Position numbers and translations under genes: made by a program
Shown here: positions 25,815 to 33,131 of the stretch, piece by piece
How the letters are laid out: every line of letters starts with the position of its first letter
Position numbering within the stretch: position 1 is the stretch's first letter
Assembly: GCA_030830415.1 (NCBI GenBank)
Contig: JAURNB010000056.1
Coordinates: forward strand, 1 to 33,131
DNA length: 33,131 nt
Origin: Acidimicrobiales bacterium
GTDB taxonomy: Bacteria > Actinomycetota > Acidimicrobiia > Acidimicrobiales > Ilumatobacteraceae
Direction of reading: 5' to 3'
Notes under the pieces: model-generated
The model's database searches: none
What the model was told of the DNA's origin: nothing
What the model saw: the letters and a program-made list of their open reading frames with translations, nothing else

Positions 25815-26543
25815 AGCTGGTTCGGGAGCTTTCACGACGGGTAGCCCTGGGAAAATGACCCACTGTGCACCAGCGCTGCGTTCGGCAACGGCGGTTTGCG
25901 CTGCATCAATGACCTGATCAACCGTGAGTATGTCGAAACCTGTTTCGCGAATGAGTGCTTGTGATTCCGCGTTCACCAGTGGTGTGTCGACAAAGAATGG
26001 GCATATGGCGCTCAGGCACACATTGTGTTCAATGAGGGTTGGTGCCAACGACTTCACAAAGCCAAGTACGGCATGTTTAGTGAGGCCATAAATAGGGTCG
26101 GCTTGAATGGGGAAGAGCCCAGCCATTGAGGCTGTTACCACGATGTCACCTCCGCCATTTTTGACCATTGCATTGGCGAGGTGCGCAACGCCGAGTACCA
26201 CACCATCAATATTGATGGAACTCACACGTCGGTAATTGCCGAGGTCAAACTCAAATACTTCTTCAGGGTTTGTTGCTCCAAAAATATTTCCACCACTTGC
26301 CACGCCGGCGTTGAGAAACACCACGTCAAAAGGCTTGTGCTGAGAAATGAATTGTGCCCACTGCTCAACGCTCGTGACATCGTGGTGTTGGTAAGTGGCA
26401 CCGAGTTCTTGTGCGAGTGCAGCGCCGAGAGCATCGTCGACATCGGTAATGAGGACGTCGTTGCCCATGTTGGCCCAGTGGCGTGCAATGCCGGCACCAA
26501 TTCCGCTAGCGCCCCCTGTAATGAGAATGCGATGTTGTGTCAT
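25803..26543 (-). CDS. Short-chain dehydrogenase/reductase
   Basis: TGGASGIG, NAG, S...YGLTK; SD GAGGA before ATG 26543. Confidence 0.9.
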   Translation of the reverse strand: MTQHRILITGGASGIGAGIARHWANMGNDVLITDVDDALGAALAQELGATYQHHDVTSVEQWAQFISQHKPFDVVFLNAGVASGGNIFGATNPEEVFEFDLGNYRRVSSINIDGVVLGVAHLANAMVKNGGGDIVVTASMAGLFPIQADPIYGLTKHAVLGFVKSLAPTLIEHNVCLSAICPFFVDTPLVNAESQALIRETGFDILTVDQVIDAAQTAVAERSAGAQWVIFPGLPVVKAPEPALLP

Positions 26544-26550
26544 GGGTTCC

Positions 26551-27792
26551 TCAGTTCTTTTGTTTAACAAATTCCATTGTTGTGGCGGCAAAAATATCGA
26601 GCAAGGTCGTGAGTTCTTTATCGGTAATCACGAGTGGCGGGCAAAATGAATTGGTGTCGGCCGACACTGCGCGGGTAATGGCGCCACGTTTCAGCATGGC
26701 GTCGCGAACAGCAAAGGAATCGATGCCAGGTTGATGTGCAGCGGCCCATACGCCAACTGCTCCTCGAGCGTGATGAATAACTCCATCGCTCGCCAGCGAC
26801 TGCAGTGTTGCCTCAAGTTGTTTGCCAATATGTACGGCACGTTCAAGTAATCCTTCACGCTCCATGATGTTGAGATTGCACAGTGCAGCAGCGCATGCGG
26901 TGGCGTGTCCTGAATAGGTGTAGCCGTGGCGCAAAAGGAATGCAGGGTCGGCTTCTAATGGTGCACAAACACTCGGGGCCATAATGACGCCACCAAGTGG
27001 TTGATAGCCAGACGTCACTGCTTTTGCAAAAGTGAGAAGGTCGGGAGTCACTCCGTAGTACTGAGCGCCAAACCAAGTGCCGAGTCGTCCGAAGCCGGTA
27101 ATCACCTCATCGAAAATGAGATATGCGCCGTGCTGGTCGCACAGTTTGCGCAGTTGTTGTAGGTAGCCCTCTTTCGGTGGAAAAACTCCACCAGCACCTT
27201 GCAATGGTTCGGTAATAACCGCGGCAAGACGATCTGCATTTTGTGACATGAGGAGCGACATCGCTTCAATGTCGTCGGGGTCTACTTGTACAACGTCGGC
27301 AAGAAGTGTTCCATACCCTTCACGGTTGGGCGGAATACCTTGGGCGCTGGTGCCGCCATAGTTGGTGCCGTGGTATCCGCGACCACGAGAAATAATGAGC
27401 GTGCGTTCCGGGTGGCCTGCTTGAACATGAGCAAGTCGAGCAAGTTTCATCGCCGAGTCGACACTCTCGGAACCGCTGTTGCAGAGAAAAACTCTCGAGT
27501 CGACAATGGGGGAGAGTGAAGCAATGCGCTCGCACAGTTCTTCAGCCACTTTTGTGGTGAAAGGGTCAAAAGCAGAGTAGGCCTCGATGGTGGAGACCTG
27601 AGCAGAGATGGCAGCGGCCATTTCTGCACGGCCGTGACCAATGGCGCAATACCAGAGGCTCGCCATGCCGTCGATGTATTCATTTCCCGCGGTGTCGTAA
27701 ATGCGGGCCCCGTCGCCGCGGGCAACCTCAATGAAATCGGTGCGGGTGGGTTTGGCGAAAGGGTGCAGAAAACGAGGGAACGGGGAAGCCAT
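26551..27792 (-). CDS. Class III (omega-amino acid) PLP aminotransferase
   Basis: SGSESVD, YHG, EPLQGAGG, FDEVITGFGR, TFAK (PLP Lys) and HGYTYSGH. Confidence 0.92.
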   Translation of the reverse strand: MASPFPRFLHPFAKPTRTDFIEVARGDGARIYDTAGNEYIDGMASLWYCAIGHGRAEMAAAISAQVSTIEAYSAFDPFTTKVAEELCERIASLSPIVDSRVFLCNSGSESVDSAMKLARLAHVQAGHPERTLIISRGRGYHGTNYGGTSAQGIPPNREGYGTLLADVVQVDPDDIEAMSLLMSQNADRLAAVITEPLQGAGGVFPPKEGYLQQLRKLCDQHGAYLIFDEVITGFGRLGTWFGAQYYGVTPDLLTFAKAVTSGYQPLGGVIMAPSVCAPLEADPAFLLRHGYTYSGHATACAAALCNLNIMEREGLLERAVHIGKQLEATLQSLASDGVIHHARGAVGVWAAAHQPGIDSFAVRDAMLKRGAITRAVSADTNSFCPPLVITDKELTTLLDIFAATTMEFVKQKN

Positions 27793-27825
27793 CTCTAGAT
27801 GGTAGATCGCCTAGGCTGTCTAGCA
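27793..27825. promoter_or_regulatory. 33-bp divergent promoter region with two back-to-back -10 elements
   Basis: Minus strand TACCAT (27799-27804) 6 nt before the aminotransferase ATG; plus strand TAGGCT (27812-27817) 8 nt before the rfbA ATG. Confidence 0.55.
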
Positions 27826-28911
27826 ATGAAGGGCCTCATTCTTTCCGGTGGTGCTGGCACGCGTTTGCGGCCAATCACCCACACCAGCGCCAAGCAATTG
27901 GTGCCCATTGCCAACAAACCCATCCTTTTCTACGGCATTGAAGCCATGGCAGAAGCGGGAATTTCCGAAATTGGCATTATTACCGGTGACACCGGGGCCG
28001 AAATTCGCGCCGCCGTCGGCGATGGCTCCCAATTTGGGGTGAAGGTCACCTACATCCCACAAGACGCACCTTTGGGTCTCGCTCACTGTGTGCTCATTGC
28101 CCAAGACTTCCTTGGTGACGATGACTTCGTGATGTACCTCGGCGACAACATGTTGCAGCAAGGTTTGTCGAGTTTTGTGCAGCGGTTTGAAAATGCTCGT
28201 GCTGCTGGCGGTGCCGATGCGCCGAGTGCACAAATTCTGTTGTGTGAAGTTGAAGACCCACGCCACTTTGGTGTGGCTGAAGTCGATGCTTCGGGCGAAG
28301 TAGTGCGTTTGGTGGAAAAGCCATCGAACCCTCCTTCCAACTTGGCGCTCGTCGGCGTTTATCTGTTCGATAAAACCGTCAACCTTGCGGTGCGCAGCAT
28401 TGCGCCGTCGCCACGTGGTGAGTTGGAAATTACCGATGCCATTCAGTGGTTGGTCGACAATAAGCATCGCATCACTCATGAAGTATTGAAGGGCTGGTGG
28501 ATCGACACCGGCAAGAAAGACCCACTTCTCGAGTGCAACCGTCTCGTGCTTGAAGTGCTGCAATCAAAGAGTGAGGGCAGTGTCGACGCCAGTTCGCAAA
28601 TTGAAGGTCGCGTGGTTATTGAAAAGGGTGCAGTTATTGAAAACTCACGCATTCGTGGCCCGGTTGTCATTGGTTCCGATTCCGTAGTGCGCAATAGCTA
28701 CATCGGCCCCTACACCTCGGTAGGAAATAAGTGCATGGTGTCCAATTCTGAAATTGAACACTCGGTGTTGCTCGACGGCAGTTCCATTGCCGATATCAAT
28801 CGCATGTCCGACTCATTGGTTGGACGTAATGTGGTGGTCAAGAAATCGCATCAGCGTCCGTCTGCGCTTCGCCTCATGTTGGGTGACGACAGCACGGTCG
28901 AAGTCGAATAG
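27826..28911 (+). CDS. rfbA: Glucose-1-phosphate thymidylyltransferase, long form with C-terminal beta-helix
   Basis: LSGGAGTRLRPITHTSAKQLVP, EKP and SPRGELEITD, plus hexapeptide-like C-terminal repeats. Confidence 0.93.
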   Translation: MKGLILSGGAGTRLRPITHTSAKQLVPIANKPILFYGIEAMAEAGISEIGIITGDTGAEIRAAVGDGSQFGVKVTYIPQDAPLGLAHCVLIAQDFLGDDDFVMYLGDNMLQQGLSSFVQRFENARAAGGADAPSAQILLCEVEDPRHFGVAEVDASGEVVRLVEKPSNPPSNLALVGVYLFDKTVNLAVRSIAPSPRGELEITDAIQWLVDNKHRITHEVLKGWWIDTGKKDPLLECNRLVLEVLQSKSEGSVDASSQIEGRVVIEKGAVIENSRIRGPVVIGSDSVVRNSYIGPYTSVGNKCMVSNSEIEHSVLLDGSSIADINRMSDSLVGRNVVVKKSHQRPSALRLMLGDDSTVEVE

Positions 28912-28928
28912 TTCTCGAAAGGAACAAC

Positions 28929-29495
28929 GTGGCAATCATTACCCCTTCCGACGTCATTGCTGGCGTGCACATTGTGGAGCCCGCCATGCACGGCGATGAG
29001 CGAGGTTTTTTCATTGAGACCTATCGCCGCGAATGGTTTCCGCAGGGTCGCGAAATGATTCAGGCAAACCGTGGCGACCGCCAAGCTGGTTGCCTTGTTG
29101 GTTTGCACTATCACTTGCATCAAGCCGACTACTGGTACGTGCCGTTTGGCAAATGCCGCGTGGTGTTGCACGACCTCAGGCAGGGTTCGCCCACCGATGG
29201 CAAAACACAGGTCATCGACCTCGGCGAGCGCGCCGATGGTACGCACGACCACCGCGGTATTTTCATTCCGCCAGGTGTGGCACACGGTTTTTCGGCATTG
29301 TCGAAGATGACCATTACGTATCTTGTTGATGGTTATTACAACCCTGCCGACGAACTGGGTGTGGCGTGGAATGATCCCGATGTTGGCGCCGATTGGGGAG
29401 TCACCAACCCCATCTTGTCGAACCGCGATCAGCAAAACCCTTTGCGTCGTGATATTTCCCCGCAGTGGCAGCCGCACATGGCTTTGCGCCCTTAA
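28929..29495 (+). CDS. rfbC: dTDP-4-dehydrorhamnose 3,5-epimerase
   Basis: DERGFFIE, GLHYH, DLRQGSPT and IPPGVAHGF; SD AAAGGAA. Confidence 0.92.
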   Translation: MAIITPSDVIAGVHIVEPAMHGDERGFFIETYRREWFPQGREMIQANRGDRQAGCLVGLHYHLHQADYWYVPFGKCRVVLHDLRQGSPTDGKTQVIDLGERADGTHDHRGIFIPPGVAHGFSALSKMTITYLVDGYYNPADELGVAWNDPDVGADWGVTNPILSNRDQQNPLRRDISPQWQPHMALRP

Positions 29496-29519
29496 TTCAC
29501 TTTTTAGGTAGGTAGAAAC

Positions 29520-30479
29520 ATGAAGCAGTTCATTACCGGCGGAGCAGGTTTTATTGGCTCGAATTACGTGCGCTACATCTTGAACAACACCGACGATGAA
29601 GTCACCGTGTTCGATGCGCTCACCTATGCGGGCAACTTGTCCACGATGCGCGATGTAGAAAACAACTCGCGCTACAAGTTCGTTAAGGGAAACATCTGCG
29701 ATGCGGCAGCAGTGGCCGATGCCATGAAGGGCCACGACGCTGTGGTGCACTTTGCAGCCGAGAGTCATGTCGATAGGTCGATTGATGGGTCTGAAGACTT
29801 CATCCATACCAACTGCTTTGGTACCAACACAGTGATCGATACCGCTCGCAAGTTAGACGTGAGCAGAGTGCTGCACATTGGTACCGACGAGGTCTACGGC
29901 TCAGTCGAAGTAGGTTCATCGCTTGAAACCGATCCGCTTGAACCTCGCTCGCCGTATTCGGCATCGAAAGCTGGGTCCGACCTCATCGCGCTCGCGTATC
30001 ACCACACGCACGGAACTCCAGTTGTGGTGACGCGTTGCACAAACAACTTTGGGCCATACCAATACCCAGAAAAAGCGATTCCGTTGTTCACTACCAACTT
30101 GCTCGATGGCAAGAAAATTCCACTGTATGGCGATGGCTTGAATGAGCGCGATTGGTTATTTGTCGACGACCATTGCTCTGGTGTGTATTTGGTGCTCACC
30201 AAAGGAACGCTTGGAGAGATCTACAACATCGGCGCAGGTAACGAAACGCCAAACCGTGTGCTGGTAAACAAACTGTTAGAAGCTTTTGGTGTGGGTGAAG
30301 AAATGGTGCAGTACGTGGAAGACCGCAAAGGTCACGACCGTCGCTATTCCGTCAACATCGACAAAATCACCAAGTTGGGTTGGAAAAAAGAACGCACTCT
30401 CGATGAAGCACTTGCCGAAACTGTGCAGTGGTATCGCGACAACCGTTGGTGGTGGGAGCCATTAAAGGGCAAGAAGTAA
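29520..30479 (+). CDS. rfbB: dTDP-glucose 4,6-dehydratase
   Basis: TGGAGFIGSN, HFAAESHVDRS, TDEVYG, YSASK and DRKGHDRRY. Confidence 0.96.
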   Translation: MKQFITGGAGFIGSNYVRYILNNTDDEVTVFDALTYAGNLSTMRDVENNSRYKFVKGNICDAAAVADAMKGHDAVVHFAAESHVDRSIDGSEDFIHTNCFGTNTVIDTARKLDVSRVLHIGTDEVYGSVEVGSSLETDPLEPRSPYSASKAGSDLIALAYHHTHGTPVVVTRCTNNFGPYQYPEKAIPLFTTNLLDGKKIPLYGDGLNERDWLFVDDHCSGVYLVLTKGTLGEIYNIGAGNETPNRVLVNKLLEAFGVGEEMVQYVEDRKGHDRRYSVNIDKITKLGWKKERTLDEALAETVQWYRDNRWWWEPLKGKK

Positions 30480-30486
30480 TTTCCAA

Positions 30487-31332
30487 ATGAAAGTTCTTGT
30501 TACTGGTGCAGCCGGACAGTTAGGTACAGAGCTCGTTTCGGTTTTTGAACGCGGTGGTCATGAAGTGGTGGGTACCACGCACGCCACTCTCGATATTTCA
30601 CAGCCAACAGCAGTGGCAGAGTGTGTTGCTGCGGTGAAGCCAAACTTTATTGTTCACGCAGCAGCATGGACCGCGGTTGATGCCTGTGAGTCAGATGCGG
30701 AGAAGGCATTTGCGGTGAATGGAACTGCAACAGCCTCCCTGGTGAGTGCTGCTGAAAAAGTAGGGGCGCGTGTTGCCTATGTGAGCACCGACTATGTGTT
30801 TGACGGAAGTAAAAAGTCTGCATATGTAGAAACAGATGCGGTGAACCCACAATCGGTCTATGGGGCTTCAAAGTTGGCAGGAGAGCAAGCGCTGCGCGAT
30901 ATCGACCTCACTGTGCGCATCTCGTGGGTATGTGGTTTTCATGGTGCCAACATGGTGAAAACAATTTTGCGTATTGCGGCTGCACAGCCTGAACTCACCT
31001 TTGTGAATGATCAGGTGGGGCACCCCACGTTTGCCGACGATGCGGCGGGAATGATTGCCACTTTGGTAGAGCATGAACAACAGGGAATATTCCACGTCAC
31101 AAACCAAGGAGCGGTGAGTTGGCATGGGTTCGCTCAAGAAGTACTGCGTGCAGCCGGGCTCGACCCATCGCGTGTATTGCCTGTGGCTACAGCAGACCTG
31201 CAGCCGCCGCGTCCGGCGCCACGACCAGCGAATTCGATTCTCGAAAATGCAGCGCTCGCGCAAGCAGGCTTTACCTTGCTCGATGATTTTCGTATTCCGT
31301 TAGCACGCCTTGTGCAGCGTTTAGCAAATTAA
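30487..31332 (+). CDS. rfbD: dTDP-4-dehydrorhamnose reductase
   Basis: TGAAGQLG, AAWTAVD, STDYVFDG, YGASK, DQVGHPT and APRP. Confidence 0.95.
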   Translation: MKVLVTGAAGQLGTELVSVFERGGHEVVGTTHATLDISQPTAVAECVAAVKPNFIVHAAAWTAVDACESDAEKAFAVNGTATASLVSAAEKVGARVAYVSTDYVFDGSKKSAYVETDAVNPQSVYGASKLAGEQALRDIDLTVRISWVCGFHGANMVKTILRIAAAQPELTFVNDQVGHPTFADDAAGMIATLVEHEQQGIFHVTNQGAVSWHGFAQEVLRAAGLDPSRVLPVATADLQPPRPAPRPANSILENAALAQAGFTLLDDFRIPLARLVQRLAN

Positions 31333-31345
31333 CGAAAGAAGCTAT

Positions 31346-32074
31346 ATGCGCGGAATAGGAACAGTGACGAATGTACTCACCATCGTTGGAGGTACCTTGC
31401 TCGGGCTCATTGTGGGCCGCTATATCTCGGAGCGCATACGTCTGACCGTTGAACAGGCTGTCGGAATGACCACATTGGTTCTGGGAATTGCCACAGCGGC
31501 AAAAACAGACAACATTGTGTTTCCGCTCGTGAGCGTTGTTTTGGGTGGAATCATCGGCGAATCGTTACGCGTTGAAGATCGTTTTGAATCGTTAGGCAAT
31601 TGGGTACGACGCAAAGTAGAAGTGAAATCTCAATCGGGTTGGATGTCGCGCAGTTCTCTTGCAACGTTGCATCCGCGCTTTGTAGAAGGTTTCGTGACGG
31701 CAACTCTTTTGTTTTCCATCGGGCCCATGTCCATCTTGGGCTCCATCGACGACGGTTTAGGCAGGGGAGCTCAGATCCTCATTGTGAAAGCAGCGCTCGA
31801 CGGACTCGTATCAATTCTCTTTGCTGCAACCATGGGCTGGGGTGTGGCAATAAGTGCAGTCATCGTGGGGATATATCAAGGCCTGATGACACTAGGTGCC
31901 TCAGGCCTTGATGCAATTCTGACTGATCGTATGGTGCACGAGATGAGTGCAACAGGCGGAATCATGATTTTGGGTATTGCACTTCGGTTTATGGAAGTGA
32001 AACCTATTCGCGTAGGAAGCTTGCTTCCTGGGCTTTTTGTTGCGCCGGTATTAGTAGCGCTTTTTGCCCGCTGA
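31346..32074 (+). CDS. DUF554-family multi-pass membrane protein
   Basis: GTVTNVLTI, EGFVTATLLFSIGPMSILGSI, KAALDG and TGGIMI; strongly hydrophobic. Confidence 0.8.
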   Translation: MRGIGTVTNVLTIVGGTLLGLIVGRYISERIRLTVEQAVGMTTLVLGIATAAKTDNIVFPLVSVVLGGIIGESLRVEDRFESLGNWVRRKVEVKSQSGWMSRSSLATLHPRFVEGFVTATLLFSIGPMSILGSIDDGLGRGAQILIVKAALDGLVSILFAATMGWGVAISAVIVGIYQGLMTLGASGLDAILTDRMVHEMSATGGIMILGIALRFMEVKPIRVGSLLPGLFVAPVLVALFAR

Positions 32075-33130
32075 CGCACCGTAAGGCTTGCGACCAGCTG
32101 CTGCTGGACGACCCGACTCACCATCACGTGCACCGCGGAAACCACCTTCACGTGGTCCACCTGTGCGTGGTGCGCCTGAACGAGGAGCTGCTCCGTCACG
32201 TGCACCGCGGTAGCCGCCAGCTGAAGAGCGTGGTGCTCCATCGCGTGGGCCTGCTGTGCGTGGTCCACGGTCACGGAATCCACCTTCACGAGGTGCTCCA
32301 TCGCGTGGGCCTGATGTACGAGGTCCACGGTCGCGGAATCCACCTTCGCGTGGTGCTGACGAGCGCTCTGAAGTGCGAGGTCCACGGTCACGGAATCCGC
32401 CTTCACGGAATCCACCTTCGCGTGGTGCGCCTTCACGTGGGCCAGAGCTACGTGGGGTAAAAGTACGTTCTGGGCGAGGACCATCGCTGCGCTCTGTGCG
32501 CTCTGCGCGTGGTGTATCTGAACGGTCAGAAAAACGAGGAGCGCGATCACGATCGCCACCACGTGAACCGCCATCACGGCGTCCACCGCGTGAGCCACCA
32601 TCACGACGTCCGCCGCCTCCACCATCACGACGTCCACCACCACGTGGTGAGTCGAGACGCTCTTCATGCAACACGATGCTGCTTGATTCACGGAATACGC
32701 GCTCGCCAGGAGCAAGCTCGGCGAGGAAGTCGTCTTCAGGTGTCACGCGAGTTGTGGTGGGCTCAATGCCTGCGCTCTTGGTGAGTGCACGCACGTTACG
32801 ACGCTGATTGTCGGTCATGAGAGTAATGACGGTGCCAGTTGCACCAGCACGTGCGGTACGGCCAGAGCGGTGCAAGTAAGCCTTGTGCTCTTCTGGTGGA
32901 TCAGCGTGAATGACTAAAGCAATGTCGTCAACGTGAATACCGCGAGCGGCAATGTCGGTTGCGACCAATGTGTCGGCGCGACCAGACGAAAATGCCGACA
33001 AGTTACGTGCGCGAGCAGCTTGTGACAAGTTGCCGTGCAATTCAACACTTGGAACGCCAGCTTTCATGAGCTGTTCTGCAAGGCGAGCAGCACCGTGCTT
33101 GGTGCGTGTAAAGACGAGTGTCTTTCCAGG
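32051..33130 (-). CDS. DEAD-box RNA helicase, 5'-truncated by the window edge, with a ~200-aa R/G-rich tail
   Basis: The frame is open to the window end: LVFTRTK (motif IV), LHGNLSQ, VATDIAARGIHV (V) and HRSGRTARAG (VI). Confidence 0.93.
   Translation of the reverse strand, partial: PGKTLVFTRTKHGAARLAEQLMKAGVPSVELHGNLSQAARARNLSAFSSGRADTLVATDIAARGIHVDDIALVIHADPPEEHKAYLHRSGRTARAGATGTVITLMTDNQRRNVRALTKSAGIEPTTTRVTPEDDFLAELAPGERVFRESSSIVLHEERLDSPRGGGRRDGGGGGRRDGGSRGGRRDGGSRGGDRDRAPRFSDRSDTPRAERTERSDGPRPERTFTPRSSGPREGAPREGGFREGGFRDRGPRTSERSSAPREGGFRDRGPRTSGPRDGAPREGGFRDRGPRTAGPRDGAPRSSAGGYRGARDGAAPRSGAPRTGGPREGGFRGARDGESGRPAAAGRKPYGASAGKKRY
32229..32410 (-). repeat. Intragenic ~60-bp tandem repeat (about 3 copies) encoding APREGGFRDRGPRT(S/A)GPRDG
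   Basis: The lines beginning 32221, 32281 and 32341 align with a 60/57-nt period, and most differences between the two full units are synonymous. Confidence 0.9.
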
Positions 33131-33131
33131 A

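Noticed and set aside
32229..32410. 60-bp periodic repeat as a possible CRISPR array
   Set aside because: There are no unique spacers, the period preserves the reading frame inside the helicase CDS, variation is mostly synonymous, and no cas genes are present.

Overview
This is a core-chromosome segment from an actinobacterium, most consistent with Acidimicrobiia (inferred from gene content and moderate GC judged by eye). The backbone is the conserved rbfA-truB-ribF ... rpsO-pnp-dapB ... dapA-rnj-ftsK-rimO-pgsA-cinA region, followed by tRNA-Arg(TCT), carD, a small catabolic group (VOC protein, beta-hydroxyacid dehydrogenase, SDR, class III aminotransferase), a dTDP-L-rhamnose operon (rfbA-C-B-D), a DUF554 membrane protein and the 3' part of a DEAD-box helicase with a long repetitive tail. 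Two accessory blocks interrupt the backbone. (1) Between ribF and rpsO, on the minus strand, lie riboflavin synthase, a fusion of an AroQ mutase domain to an HPPD-like VOC domain, and the bifunctional FO (deazaflavin) synthase fbiC, which has a strongly base-paired ~110-nt leader. The mutase domain looks more like aminodeoxychorismate mutase than ordinary chorismate mutase, and the VOC domain has lost its metal-binding Glu. This block is the best candidate for an undescribed system (a deazaflavin precursor-supply module or a variant-cofactor pathway with a possible cis-regulatory RNA). (2) Between dapB and dapA lie a DedA-like protein, an acyl-CoA ligase, a TetR regulator with a clear operator and promoter, a ferritin-like diiron enzyme and an Rv1126c-like winged-helix protein. 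Many genes show a leaderless architecture (TANNNT 6-8 nt before the start codon). I found no mobile element or CRISPR array. All family assignments come from motif recognition, not database searches.
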